A program made the translations under genes and the position numbers. From an uncultured Nitrospiraceae bacterium (GTDB lineage Bacteria > Nitrospirota > Thermodesulfovibrionia > Thermodesulfovibrionales > Dissulfurispiraceae), in NCBI GenBank assembly GCA_963705105.1, contig CAVPIW010000009.1, positions 128,001-192,000 on the forward strand: DNA of 64,000 bases. Direction: 5' to 3'. The notes under the pieces are model-generated. The model worked only from the letters and a program-made list of their open reading frames with translations. It searched no databases and was not told where the DNA came from. Below, one piece after another: positions 19,713 through 29,626 of the stretch; positions within the stretch are counted from its first letter, which is position 1, and each line of letters starts with the position of its first letter.

Positions 19713-21749
19713 TTGAACACTGAACTGAATGATATACAATCCCTGATCAGGTCCCTCGCGGAGATCCAGCATACCATCTCGGAGATCGGCGACCTTTCCT
19801 TTGCATCCTACGACAGCCGGGGCGTTCAACTGTTGCCCCCGAGACGTGAAGACCGGTTGACGAGCACCATTCGCTCTCATCCCGTCGGAAGGGAGGAATA
19901 CGACAAGTACATCTCCCAGGGCGTCAAGAGGGCCGTTTTGCGGAAAGAGGCATCCATACTGAGAGGTCCTGCGAGCCAGCATAACATCTTCATCCCCGTT
20001 GATGTGAGTGAAGCACGGTTCGTCCTTGTCAGCAGTCCTTTCTATGTCTCGAAGCAGGATTTTGACGACTTTCTCAGGAGGAGGGGGCGGATCCCCGATC
20101 TTGCGTCGGGAAAGGAGGCCTTCCCCCCGCGCTGCAAGCTGAAGGATTCCGACTCGGCGCAGCAGGTGGCGGTCCACGTCAAGAAGCTCTTCGAGACCCT
20201 CCTGACGAGCGTCTATGAGCGGAACCAGAATTCCAGGCGGTATCTGTGGACGAAAACACTGATCGACGTGCTGCTGAACATGAAGCTGCCCCTGCCGATC
20301 GACGACGCCCACAGAATGATCCTTGACGCAATCCTCTTTCTATTCAGCGTGAACACCGCATCCATCATGGTGAAGAGGGGTGTGCACTTCGAGACGGTCC
20401 TTGCTCTGGGCAGCATGAAAAACGTCGTCGGATCTTTCAGGGTCCACGAGGATTCGCCGGCCCTGGCCCTGTCGGTGAAGAAAATGATCCAGACATCGCT
20501 CGTCAACCCGAAGGAGATCCTCAGCCTCGGACTCGCCGACGAAATCAAATCGGTCCATGTCTTTCCCCTTTCGTCTCACACCTTTCTTCACGGTCTGATC
20601 ATGATCTTCAACTCCAGGGTGTCACGTGACGAAGCGCAGAGCATACTCGAATTCTGCAGGCTCTCGAGCCTGATCCTGAAAAACCTCTCCATCGAAAACG
20701 ACTGCGACCGTTATGTCAACAATCTCACCATGCTCAATGTCGCCGTCTCAAAGATCGACCCCCGGCTCAACGATCCCGCTTCCCTCCACAGGCAGATCGT
20801 GATGACCGCTACGGATCTCCTGCAGGCCGAGAAAGGCTCCCTCATTCTGCCTGAAAACGGGGATCTCGTTATCAAGGCCGTCCGGGGCATCAACGAATGG
20901 CTGACGCATAACATCCGCCTGAAGCCGGGAGTGGGCATTTCCGGCATCGTGTTCAGGGATGGCCGGCCGATGCTCGTACGGAACGTCGACAGGATCGAGA
21001 TACCTGACTACAGACCACGTTTTCACTACCGGAAAAAATCGTTCATCAGCATGCCCCTGCAATTCTCCTCCGAAACGATCGGCGTCCTCAACATAACGGA
21101 CAGGCTTCACGGCGACGAGTTTACCGAACAGGACCTCAACATTTTGAAACACTTCGGCACCTATGCATCTATCGCCCTGAAGGTGTTCAGCTATCACCGG
21201 CTGGCCGAGCAGATGAAGGAACTCTCCATCACCGACCATCTGACGGGCCTTTACAACCGCAGGTACCTCCAGGAGCGGTTCAGTGAAGAGATCCACCGCT
21301 CCGACAGGTACAAGCTTTCATTCTCCGTCAGCCTCATTGACATAGACGACTTCAAGCTATTCAACGACAGCGAAGGTCATCTTGCCGGCGATGGCGTCCT
21401 CCGGGACCTCGCCCACATCGCCCGGGAGAACTCGAGGGCGAACGACGTCATCGCGAGGATAGGCGGAGAGGAGTTCGCGATCCTCATGCCCCAGACGGAC
21501 AGGGACGAGGCCTTCCTCGTGTCTGAGAGGATCAGGAAAACCATCATGGAGACCCTGACCCAGAACTGGAAAAAATTCCCCCGGTCGTCGGTGACGGTCA
21601 GCATCGGCATATCGACCTTTCCCCATCACGGCAAGACTGTCCAGGACATGATCGAAAAGGCCGACCTCGCCCTCTACCGCGCCAAAGCGACGGGGAAAAA
21701 CAGGACCGTCATTTTCGAGGAAGAACTCAGGCGAAGAGAGATTCCCTGA
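19713..21749 (+). CDS. Diguanylate cyclase (sensor/GAF + GGDEF)
   Basis: DHLTGLYNRR, DIDDFK..ND..GH..GD, RxxD I-site (RAND), GGEEF; GAF domain upstream; start uncertain. Confidence 0.92.
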   Translation: MNTELNDIQSLIRSLAEIQHTISEIGDLSFASYDSRGVQLLPPRREDRLTSTIRSHPVGREEYDKYISQGVKRAVLRKEASILRGPASQHNIFIPVDVSEARFVLVSSPFYVSKQDFDDFLRRRGRIPDLASGKEAFPPRCKLKDSDSAQQVAVHVKKLFETLLTSVYERNQNSRRYLWTKTLIDVLLNMKLPLPIDDAHRMILDAILFLFSVNTASIMVKRGVHFETVLALGSMKNVVGSFRVHEDSPALALSVKKMIQTSLVNPKEILSLGLADEIKSVHVFPLSSHTFLHGLIMIFNSRVSRDEAQSILEFCRLSSLILKNLSIENDCDRYVNNLTMLNVAVSKIDPRLNDPASLHRQIVMTATDLLQAEKGSLILPENGDLVIKAVRGINEWLTHNIRLKPGVGISGIVFRDGRPMLVRNVDRIEIPDYRPRFHYRKKSFISMPLQFSSETIGVLNITDRLHGDEFTEQDLNILKHFGTYASIALKVFSYHRLAEQMKELSITDHLTGLYNRRYLQERFSEEIHRSDRYKLSFSVSLIDIDDFKLFNDSEGHLAGDGVLRDLAHIARENSRANDVIARIGGEEFAILMPQTDRDEAFLVSERIRKTIMETLTQNWKKFPRSSVTVSIGISTFPHHGKTVQDMIEKADLALYRAKATGKNRTVIFEEELRRREIP

Positions 21750-21815
21750 CCCTCCCGCCTTTCCTTCCCTTCGCCTTTAAAAGAGGGATAATCTTTGCGT
21801 TGGACCTCGAATAAG

Positions 21816-21935
21816 ACGCGGCGAAGATGACGTACATTTTTCGAGGACAGCCCCGCGGAACCCGAATATATCGTCACCGTCCCGGGCGTCGGATACATGC
21901 TCCGGGATCAGACTGAACAGGAGGCGCAGGAATGA
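21816..21935 (+). pseudogene. C-terminal relic of an OmpR-family response regulator
   Basis: RRR*RTFFEDSPAEPEYIVTVPGVGYMLRDQTEQEAQE*; resembles the winged-helix end; stop overlaps next ATG. Confidence 0.6.
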
Positions 21936-22294
21936 TCTACCTGGTCGTCCGCATTCTGGCCAATGCAATCGCCATCAGTCTCGCCGTCAAGCTCATCGAC
22001 GGCATTACCTTCACCGGACCGTGGTGGAAGATGATCGTCACCGGCGCCGTCTTCGGGGTCGTGAACGCCCTCATCCGCCCTATCGTGAAGCTCTTCACCT
22101 TTCCCCTGATCATTCTCACCCTCGGGCTCTTCACGCTCATCGTCAACGCACTCATGCTCGGACTCACCGCCTATCTCTCCGATGCCTTCGGCCTCGGCCT
22201 GTCTGTTGCCGGGTTCTGGCCGGCCTTCTGGGGGGCCCTCGTCATCAGTATCGTGAGCTTTCTGCTCTCTCTCGTCACAGGACGCGGAGAATGA
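21932..22294 (+). CDS. 4-TM phage holin family (DUF360/YvlD-like) membrane protein
   Basis: GVVNALIRPIVKLFTFPLIILTLGLFTLIVNALM, FWPAFWGALVIS. Confidence 0.88.
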   Translation: MIYLVVRILANAIAISLAVKLIDGITFTGPWWKMIVTGAVFGVVNALIRPIVKLFTFPLIILTLGLFTLIVNALMLGLTAYLSDAFGLGLSVAGFWPAFWGALVISIVSFLLSLVTGRGE

Positions 22295-22455
22295 CGGCAG
22301 AGAAGCCAGTGATATTTGTTGACATTTGCCCATAAATCTGATATCTGATAAATACGGACAAGGGCGGGACGGCTATACCGGAATTTTCAGCACCGGGAGG
22401 CCGTTTCCACGTGGCGCGTTCACGATAACCATGCTCCTGGAAAGAGGCGACGGCA

Positions 22456-23403
22456 ATGAATTTACTGAAAGAAGCTGCGAAATTCATCGGCTGGCTTTCG
22501 GGTTCAGTCGCCGGAATCGTGGCGCTTCTCACCGCCTGCGGTTATTTCATCACAATGGCCAACCTTCATGTCCTCGGTTTGGACCTTCTTTTCATAGACT
22601 ACAGCGCCGAATTCTACATCCGGAGGGGAGGCCATTTTTTCCTTTTCGCGGCGCTCGTCCTCCTGGAGAAGGTGTTCCTGCCCCTTCTGACGATCATTGT
22701 CCCGGCGGTTTCGGCGGTATTTCTTGTCTTTCTCGCGGTGCGCCGGAGGTCATGGTTTCAGCACCTCCGAAGCCGTTTCGTTGGTACGCAGAAAAAGGCG
22801 GGTACCTGGACGACGGCCTGCAAAGTGTTCGTGTACATCCTTCTTGTCGTCCTCTTTGTTTACCAGCTCGCCGGCAGACTCGATCTCTTCGTGACGCCCC
22901 TGAGCATCTCCGGCGTGCTCTACAGCGAAGACATGACGGGGGGTTCACAGGAGGAGAGATTGATGAAAGAGTGGATCGTGAAGGGCGAGACGTCAAAACT
23001 GAGAATGCATTTCTCTGATGTCCTCATATCCGTCATCCTCGCGGGTGCCCTGCTCCCGGTCGCCTGGTGGGCTACCTCCGGCTTCAGATTGCGGGCTCTC
23101 CTCATTGCGCCCTTTGTGATCATGTTCCTCGTCTACCTTTTGCTCTTTCCACGGGTGTATGGTGTCCTCATTCTTCCCTGCGAGTTTGCGCCCGTCGTCA
23201 TCAGCACAAAGGACGAAATCCCTGCGGGCCGGGGTTCGCCTTTATACCTCATCAACAAGGGAGGAGATGATTTCGTTCTGTGGAATGCCAAAGAAAGAAA
23301 ACTCCTCTGGATTGCGAAGGATGAAGTGAGAACGGTTGAGATCGGCCGGAGCAGGTCCATCTTGAGAGAACCGGACAGAAACAGTGAGAAGACAGGAAAG
23401 TGA
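22456..23403 (+). CDS. Hypothetical multi-pass membrane protein
   Basis: Several hydrophobic segments plus a small C-terminal soluble domain; GTGA overlap with next gene. Confidence 0.75.
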   Translation: MNLLKEAAKFIGWLSGSVAGIVALLTACGYFITMANLHVLGLDLLFIDYSAEFYIRRGGHFFLFAALVLLEKVFLPLLTIIVPAVSAVFLVFLAVRRRSWFQHLRSRFVGTQKKAGTWTTACKVFVYILLVVLFVYQLAGRLDLFVTPLSISGVLYSEDMTGGSQEERLMKEWIVKGETSKLRMHFSDVLISVILAGALLPVAWWATSGFRLRALLIAPFVIMFLVYLLLFPRVYGVLILPCEFAPVVISTKDEIPAGRGSPLYLINKGGDDFVLWNAKERKLLWIAKDEVRTVEIGRSRSILREPDRNSEKTGK

Positions 23404-24992
23404 GGCGGAACATGAGATGCTTCGACAGGATTGGATGGTTATGCGGGGCTGTGATCGGTCTTCTTCTCTGTGGTTGTGCAGGCATGCAGACGGGACCGGA
23501 ACCGGGTGCATCCATAGGGACTCTCCACGTCGTTTTCGGCACAGAGGTCTATGTCAACGGCAAAGAGGCCTTTGACGGGAGACCCATTTACGGCGGCGAT
23601 GACGTGGCAACGGGATCAGGCGCCGGTGTCATCGTGAATTTTCCCGACGGCGGGTTCATACAGCTCGATGAGCAGACTGATCCGACGATACGGGAGCTGA
23701 TCGAGCAGGGCAAATGCGTGATTCTTGCCTTTTTCAGATACGGGAGGGCTTTCGGGGCGACAGGGCGAGATTGCGCCATCAGCACGAATGACCCCAACCT
23801 TGCATCCATTACTGGCGGGACACAGTTTAACCTGGAAATAGGAGGCGACCGTTCAATACTGACCGTTATCCGGGGCACGATGCGCCTCCGGCTCGCCGAT
23901 GGAGAAAGGGCGGTCCACGCCGGGCAGCAAGTCGCCGTTTCTCGTCATTATCTGATAGGTATACGCGATCTGTCCCCGGAAGAGCTGCGTCGCGTCACGT
24001 CCTGGCGCCAGAAGAGACCCAAGCCGGGGGGTTGGTGCTGTGACAAAGGAAAGGTGTTCCACAGTGATCCCGAAAGCTGTCAGCGAGGGGGAGGGACTTT
24101 CTTTGCCGATGAGCGGTCCGCCTATGATAAGTGTAAAACGCCCTTGCCTGATAACAAGCGGGCTTTCTGTGAACAATACGCGGAGAGGGCAGTCAGTCAG
24201 AACAACGACAATCTCCGGAGAAAGTGCGGTTACACAGGTGTGCGATGGCAGTCGAACTTCGATGCTCACTTCAATTGGTGCATGACGACCGACCCCGCTT
24301 CCGCCGAATCGGAGACGCGGATTCGGGAAGCGGATCTGAAAAGGTGCAGGCCCGCCGAGTCGATTGATGGCGGTCCCGTGCCGGAAGGACATCCACCTGA
24401 TGACAAGCCGGGATGGTGCTGTGACGACGAAAAAGTCTTCCGGAGCGACCGGGAAAACTGCAAACGAAGGGGCGGGACTTTTTTCGTCGATGAGCGCACT
24501 GCGCGTGACAAGTGCAAAACAACCCTGAAGGACGACAAAAGACCGTTCTGTGAAGAATACGCCAGGAAGGCAGTCAGTCAGAACAAGGAAAACCTCAGGA
24601 GAAAATGCGGCTATTCGGGACAGCGATGGCTGTCGGACGACAATGCTCACTTTAATTGGTGCATGGATGTTGACGGGGCGGCCGCCGAGGCGGAGAGGCG
24701 CAGCCGTGAAGCGGACCTGAAAAGATGCGGGTCAGGAGGCTCCAAGCAGCAGGACGGAATGGAAAAGGGGATAGACCGACCGGGATCGGATTACAGAGAT
24801 TTTGACCTTAGGAAAGCCGATCCGGCCCTCTGCCGGGACGCTTGCATGAAAGACGCCGAATGCAGGGCCTGGACCTATGTGGAGCCTAACTCTGCCAAGC
24901 CGCGGGCGCATTGCTGGCTTAAGAAAGCGGTTCCTCCGGCCCGGAAAGACAGATGCTGCGTTTCAGGGGTGAAATTCACCGGGCCGGAATGA
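23400..24992 (+). CDS. Lipoprotein: FecR-like domain + two Cys-rich repeats + PAN/apple domain
   Basis: Lipobox LCGC; FecR-like (VATG..G..V.FPDGG.IQLDEQT, GTQF, VIRG); PAN motif DRPGSDY..C...C....CRAWTY..CWLK. Confidence 0.82.
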   Translation: MRRNMRCFDRIGWLCGAVIGLLLCGCAGMQTGPEPGASIGTLHVVFGTEVYVNGKEAFDGRPIYGGDDVATGSGAGVIVNFPDGGFIQLDEQTDPTIRELIEQGKCVILAFFRYGRAFGATGRDCAISTNDPNLASITGGTQFNLEIGGDRSILTVIRGTMRLRLADGERAVHAGQQVAVSRHYLIGIRDLSPEELRRVTSWRQKRPKPGGWCCDKGKVFHSDPESCQRGGGTFFADERSAYDKCKTPLPDNKRAFCEQYAERAVSQNNDNLRRKCGYTGVRWQSNFDAHFNWCMTTDPASAESETRIREADLKRCRPAESIDGGPVPEGHPPDDKPGWCCDDEKVFRSDRENCKRRGGTFFVDERTARDKCKTTLKDDKRPFCEEYARKAVSQNKENLRRKCGYSGQRWLSDDNAHFNWCMDVDGAAAEAERRSREADLKRCGSGGSKQQDGMEKGIDRPGSDYRDFDLRKADPALCRDACMKDAECRAWTYVEPNSAKPRAHCWLKKAVPPARKDRCCVSGVKFTGPE

Positions 24993-25236
24993 AAGGTCAA
25001 TAGCCGGGAGACCCTTTCGTGGAATGGACAGAGACTCCGGGGGATGAATTGTGGGGGCCGTTCCCCGATAGGCCCGAAGCACATATCCGGCGTGTTTTGC
25101 CCTGTCTTTTCCTGCAACTATAGCCTACAAGGTAAATCATAATCATAACTATTGACTTTTCAGAGCCTTTCTGTAAAAATGGACGATTGAAGCAGCGCAA
25201 TCTTCCATCATACGTCACAGCAAGGAGGCCGGTATC

Positions 25237-26997
25237 ATGAGACAGACGCCCTATCAACGGATGGTTCAGCGGACCCCTCTGTTCGCGATGCTTGTCGTGT
25301 CCCTCGTCGCGCTCGTCGCGTGCGGAGGGGGCGGCACAGGCAGCAACAACCTCATTGCAGTGCAGGTTTCTTCTCAAAACGGAGGGACCTTCACGAACAA
25401 CCCGAACAACCCCGATATCACGATCACGATCCCGCCGGGGGCTTTAAGCAGTGATGCGAACCTGACAGTCGACCGTGTCGATGCGCCTCCAGGTACGGGA
25501 GCGAACCAGATCGCCGCAAGCTCTGCCTATGCAGTCAGCATCAGGGGCAGCGGCACAGTCACCCTGAGGGAACCCCTGTCGATCGAGATCAGGGTGAATC
25601 CTGTTCCCGAACACCCCCAGCTCGGAGAAATCGCCGTGCTCGAAGGGGCAAGCTGGAACAGGCTCCAGTCCAACTTCTTCAAGGCATCGGGCCGCTCCGT
25701 CGTCTCTCTGACGACGAGGACGAGCGGCACCTTCCGCGCCGTTCACAGGAGCATTCAGCAGGCGACAGGCCCGGGCGTCGCCACCGGCTTCAACGTGTTC
25801 ATGTACGAAACTTTCGGCAACGAGGCCTTTTTCGGCAATGTGGGACTCCACACAGTGCTGAACAATGTCTCGCCTGCGAATGCCGTCGCCCTTGGAGCCC
25901 AGGTGGACATCGACCGGGTCCCGGCCTCCATCGCCGCATTCCTCTCCGACCCGAATGTCCCGGCTGCCGACAAAGCAGCGGCCCTCCAGGACCCCGCGAC
26001 GACGAGGGCGCTCGTCAAGGCCGGCGCGGTCGTCGGCGTGAAGGGTTTCTATGCTTCGAACGATCCGAATGACACGACTCTCGTCCGGGCCGGCATCACC
26101 TGTGCTCTCTGTCATGTGCTTGTGACGCCGACGTCCTTCCCCGGCGTCGGGACACTGCCCGTCGGGAAACTCAACATCGACGGTGTGCCCAATACAAAGA
26201 TCGATGTAGGAGCGATCCTTGCATTTACGCCCTTTGCGACCGGCGCGGGACAGTCCGTCGTCGACCTGCTCAACAGCTGGGGACCGGGGCGGTTCGACAT
26301 CCGTGCCTTGCCCGACAATCCCCTCGAAGATAACGTGAACAATCCGACCAAGATCCCTGCTCTGTGGAACTTCATCGACCTCTCGTCGCAGGGATATCTG
26401 ATCGGATGGGACGGGCTGTTCAAAGACAACGGCACGACGAACAACGCTCTTGCAAGCATCACCGAGGTCGCCTATGACCTGCCGATGCACTCCAATGGCG
26501 CCTTCGGCACTGCAGCAGGGACGCTGCCGCCTGAGCTGAGCGTCACACCGCCTGCCGATCTCCTCAATGCCCTTGCGCAGGCGGAAACGGACACCCCCGG
26601 CAACGATGTCGTGCCTCTCCAGAAGCTGCTGGATGTCCAGACATGGATGAGAAGCCTGGCGAGCCCGAAACCGGGGGCCTTTGACGAAGCGAAGGCGCTC
26701 CAGGGCTTCAGGCTCTTCCACGGGAAGGCGAACTGCGTCACCTGCCACCGCACAGCCGACCTCACGGGCCCCGGCCTCTTCACCGACATCACGGCGACGG
26801 CGCCGACGGGAGGGCTGGCCGGCGGCGTGCGGATACCGGGGCTGAGAGGGATATCGCGGACCGCACCGTACTTCCACGACCACAGTGCCCGCACCCTCGA
26901 CGATGTCGTCGCGCGCTTCGTCGCCCGGGGCAAGCAGGTGCCTGCACTGACGGCCGACGAGCAGAAAGCTGTTGTGGAGTATTTGAAGAGCCTGTAA
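25237..26997 (+). CDS. Diheme cytochrome c lipoprotein (peroxidase/RoxA-like C-terminus)
   Basis: Lipobox LVAC; CALCH and CVTCH; IPGLRGISRTAPYFHD..TLDDVV. Confidence 0.82.
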   Translation: MRQTPYQRMVQRTPLFAMLVVSLVALVACGGGGTGSNNLIAVQVSSQNGGTFTNNPNNPDITITIPPGALSSDANLTVDRVDAPPGTGANQIAASSAYAVSIRGSGTVTLREPLSIEIRVNPVPEHPQLGEIAVLEGASWNRLQSNFFKASGRSVVSLTTRTSGTFRAVHRSIQQATGPGVATGFNVFMYETFGNEAFFGNVGLHTVLNNVSPANAVALGAQVDIDRVPASIAAFLSDPNVPAADKAAALQDPATTRALVKAGAVVGVKGFYASNDPNDTTLVRAGITCALCHVLVTPTSFPGVGTLPVGKLNIDGVPNTKIDVGAILAFTPFATGAGQSVVDLLNSWGPGRFDIRALPDNPLEDNVNNPTKIPALWNFIDLSSQGYLIGWDGLFKDNGTTNNALASITEVAYDLPMHSNGAFGTAAGTLPPELSVTPPADLLNALAQAETDTPGNDVVPLQKLLDVQTWMRSLASPKPGAFDEAKALQGFRLFHGKANCVTCHRTADLTGPGLFTDITATAPTGGLAGGVRIPGLRGISRTAPYFHDHSARTLDDVVARFVARGKQVPALTADEQKAVVEYLKSL

Positions 26998-27016
26998 GAC
27001 CTGATCTGTGTAATCC

Positions 27017-27045
27017 GGGGGCGGCAATCGTCGCCCCCCTCTTTT
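27017..27045 (+). terminator. Rho-independent terminator
   Basis: gggggcggc-aatc-gtcgccccc followed by ctctttt. Confidence 0.65.
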
Positions 27046-27105
27046 GTTGTCCTCGTTTCCACGTCTCTCTGCAAGCTCCTGAAATATGCACAAGTAATCC
27101 TTGCA

Positions 27106-27310
27106 GTTGCATAGAAAGGCGTGGCGAAGCGCCTCAAAGCCTTGCTGAAGGCGACGATACGCCTCGTCAGGTTTGTGTTTCAGGACTCCACTCTTTGTGT
27201 CATCGACCATAGACGTATAGGCCGTTTTTCGTTTTGATACAGGTGTCGCCGCAGCAAGGTTTTCGGCGCATACGCCCTGCCTTTCCCGGAAGTGTATTGC
27301 AACGATAAGG
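27106..27310 (+). repeat. MITE-like repeat, subfamily B
   Basis: ~50-bp imperfect TIRs (gttgca..aaaggcgtggcgaagcgc..ccttgctg / cagcaagg..gcgcatacgccctgccttt..tgcaac); inverse copy at 55603. Confidence 0.85.
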
Positions 27311-27326
27311 TAATGTCCCATGCTTT

Positions 27327-27385
27327 GTCATTCCGGCTCGTCCGGAATCTTTCTGGGGGCAAGACTCCCGACAAGCGGGAGTGAC
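27327..27385. repeat. REP-like double-hairpin palindrome
   Basis: gtcattccggctcgtccggaatc...gactcccgacaagcgggagtgac. Confidence 0.7.
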
Positions 27386-27468
27386 GGGATATAGGTCATG
27401 TATATGCAGGAATCAAATATTTCGGATTCGAGAGATGGATACAATCAACGATAATCCTCTGGGGAAGG

Positions 27469-28824
27469 TTAGCTCTCAAGCGGCAGGCTAATCTCCACGA
27501 CGAGGCCGCCGTCCGCCGCATTGGAGGCCGTCACTGTGCCTCCGTGCAGCCTGACGGCGCGTTCGGTGATGGCAAGGCCGATCCCGGTCCCTCCGGTTTC
27601 CCTGTCCCGGGAATCGGCGACGCGGTAGAAAGGCCGAAATAAATTGGAAAGAGCTTCTTCAGGAACACCCCTGCCGTGGTCTCTCACCTTACATATCGCG
27701 CGCTCAGGTCCCGCTTTCCGTTCACTGTGAAGGGTCACCTCGACCGTTGAACCCTCCGCCGTATACCTGACGGCGTTCCGGACGACATTCTCGACAGCCC
27801 TGCGGAGCATCTCTTCGGACGCGGTGATCATCAGGTCGCCGCCGGGGACGAAGTTCACGGACCGGCCCCGGCTCCTCGCCTCGAAATCGGCGTCGTCGAC
27901 GACTTCCCTCACGAGCAGTGAGAGATCGAATGACGTCTTGTCCAGCCTCTCCGCGCCGCTTTCGAGGAGCGTGAGTGTCGTCAGCTGGCCGATGAGGTCG
28001 TTGAGACGCTCCGATTCCCGCTCCATGCGATCCAGGGCATCCTCCGCCCCGGGGCCCGCATGGCGGCGCGCCAGCTCCAGTGCGACATTGAGGCGGGCGA
28101 GGGGAGAACGCAGCTCGTGAGAGATGTCCCTGAGCAGCCTCCGTTGCGCCTGGACAAGGGACTCGATCCGTCCGGCCATGTTGTCGAAGTCACGTCCCAG
28201 ATCAGCAATCTCGTCCCTCCGCCTTCCGAAGAAGGGTCCCACGCGCGTCTCCAGTGCCCCTCCGGCAAACTGCCGGGCCGCCTTCTGCAGGTGCAGGATC
28301 GGCGCAGTCAGGGAGCGGGCGAGGAGATAGCAGACGATGCCGGCGACAACGAAGGTGACGGACAGACGGAGGCCGAGGTGGCGGGGATCAAGCATATTTT
28401 CCAACGGCGTGGGGCGGGGCACCTCGGCGAGGATGACGTAGTTGTTCTCCAACGGCAGGGCGAACCACAATCCCCTCCTGCCGGGAGCGACCTGGAGTTC
28501 TCCGGTCACCGCCGCCGTGGACGCGAGTTGTTCGCCCCTGCCGGGAGCGGGACGGCCCGAAAGAGATCCCTGGTCTCTCTTATAGAGGAAGGCGGGCATA
28601 CGCGCCTCCCGTTCCAATCGTGCCGCCTCCTCGGAAAGTCCCGTGACTCCCCGCGATTCATAGGCGCTGACCAGCGACCTGCCGGCTTTCAGAACCTGTT
28701 TTTCGTGACGGGCCCGGGCGGAGGCCATCGGGTCCGTCGTCAGAGCGATGACGACGCCGGCGGCGCCGATGAAGGTCATCGCAAGCCAGAACCAGAGAAA
28801 TATCTTTACGAAGAGACTCCGCAT
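27469..28824 (-). CDS. cpxA: Sensor histidine kinase, CpxA-like
   Basis: MRSLFVKIFLWFW, HAMP, DISHELRSPLARL, ENVVRNAVRY, GGTGIGLAI. Confidence 0.85.
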   Translation of the reverse strand: MRSLFVKIFLWFWLAMTFIGAAGVVIALTTDPMASARARHEKQVLKAGRSLVSAYESRGVTGLSEEAARLEREARMPAFLYKRDQGSLSGRPAPGRGEQLASTAAVTGELQVAPGRRGLWFALPLENNYVILAEVPRPTPLENMLDPRHLGLRLSVTFVVAGIVCYLLARSLTAPILHLQKAARQFAGGALETRVGPFFGRRRDEIADLGRDFDNMAGRIESLVQAQRRLLRDISHELRSPLARLNVALELARRHAGPGAEDALDRMERESERLNDLIGQLTTLTLLESGAERLDKTSFDLSLLVREVVDDADFEARSRGRSVNFVPGGDLMITASEEMLRRAVENVVRNAVRYTAEGSTVEVTLHSERKAGPERAICKVRDHGRGVPEEALSNLFRPFYRVADSRDRETGGTGIGLAITERAVRLHGGTVTASNAADGGLVVEISLPLES

Positions 28825-28825
28825 A

Positions 28826-29545
28826 TCAATGTTCCGCTTCACCCGACCGCTGCGGGAGCGAGTAGAGGTATCCCACGCTCCGGACCGTCTTGACACGCTC
28901 AGTCCCGTCAACCTCATGGCCCAGTTTCCTGCGAAGGCTGCTCACGTGCACGTCGAGGCTGCGGTCATAAGGAGAGAGGGCGCGTCCCAGGACTTTCCTG
29001 CTCAGGTCCCGCCGTGTCACCACCTGGCCTGCCATGCCGAGCAGCTCCTCGAGCAGACTGAACTCGACCGACGTCAGTTCCACCATTTCGCCGGACCGTT
29101 TCACCGTCCTCGTCGTCGTATCCAGTTCCACGTCACCAACGACAAGGCGTGCCGGGGAAGCGCCCGGCTGCACCGGCGCCGCCTGTTCAGAGCGGCGCTG
29201 GACGGCGCGAATGCGTGCCACCAGCTCCCGGGGGTTGAAGGGCTTCGGCAGATAGTCGTCGGCGCCCATCTCAAGACCGACGATGCGGTCGACATCATCG
29301 CCGCGGGCCGTCAGCATCAGGACGGGAATGCGGGACCTGTCGCGGATGCGGCGCAGCACCTCGAAACCGCTGATGCCCGGGAGCATCACATCGAGCACCA
29401 CGAGATTATGCTCTCCCGAAAGCGCCCGCTCGATACCGGGCACCGCATCGAATACCGCTTCGACATCGAACCCCTCCGGCTTCAAATAGTCTGAGAGCAG
29501 TTCGCAGAGCTCCCTGTCGTCGTCAATGACCAGTATGCGGCCCAT
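28826..29545 (-). CDS. cpxR: Response regulator, CpxR-like (OmpR family)
   Basis: IDDD, LDVMLP, MLTARG, GADDYLPKPF, DRSLDVHVSSLRRKL; TAGAAT 6 nt before ATG suggests a leaderless mRNA. Confidence 0.88.
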   Translation of the reverse strand: MGRILVIDDDRELCELLSDYLKPEGFDVEAVFDAVPGIERALSGEHNLVVLDVMLPGISGFEVLRRIRDRSRIPVLMLTARGDDVDRIVGLEMGADDYLPKPFNPRELVARIRAVQRRSEQAAPVQPGASPARLVVGDVELDTTTRTVKRSGEMVELTSVEFSLLEELLGMAGQVVTRRDLSRKVLGRALSPYDRSLDVHVSSLRRKLGHEVDGTERVKTVRSVGYLYSLPQRSGEAEH

Positions 29546-29580
29546 AGATCTATTCTACCCCGAAAAGACGGGACGATGGT

Positions 29581-29626
29581 GTAAAGAATTGTAAAGCGCG
29601 GCCTGAGAAACTTTACAATTCTTTTC
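29581..29626. promoter_or_regulatory. Two inverted CpxR boxes
   Basis: GTAAA-gaatt-GTAAA at 29581-29595 (+) and GAAAA-gaatt-GTAAA at 29612-29626 (-), between cpxR and the Spy-like gene. Confidence 0.8.

Noticed and set aside
21828..21830. Second selenocysteine codon in the OmpR-like relic
   Set aside because: The TGA is at a position normally Leu, there is no Cys context or start, and it is best read as decay
21932..22294. Prophage lysis gene
   Set aside because: This 4-TM family is commonly chromosomal and no phage genes are nearby
25444..27321. Long antisense ORFs (also 49936..51651, 57882..59375, 48269..49621, 439..1554)
   Set aside because: Shadows of GC-rich genes on the opposite strand with no recognisable motifs
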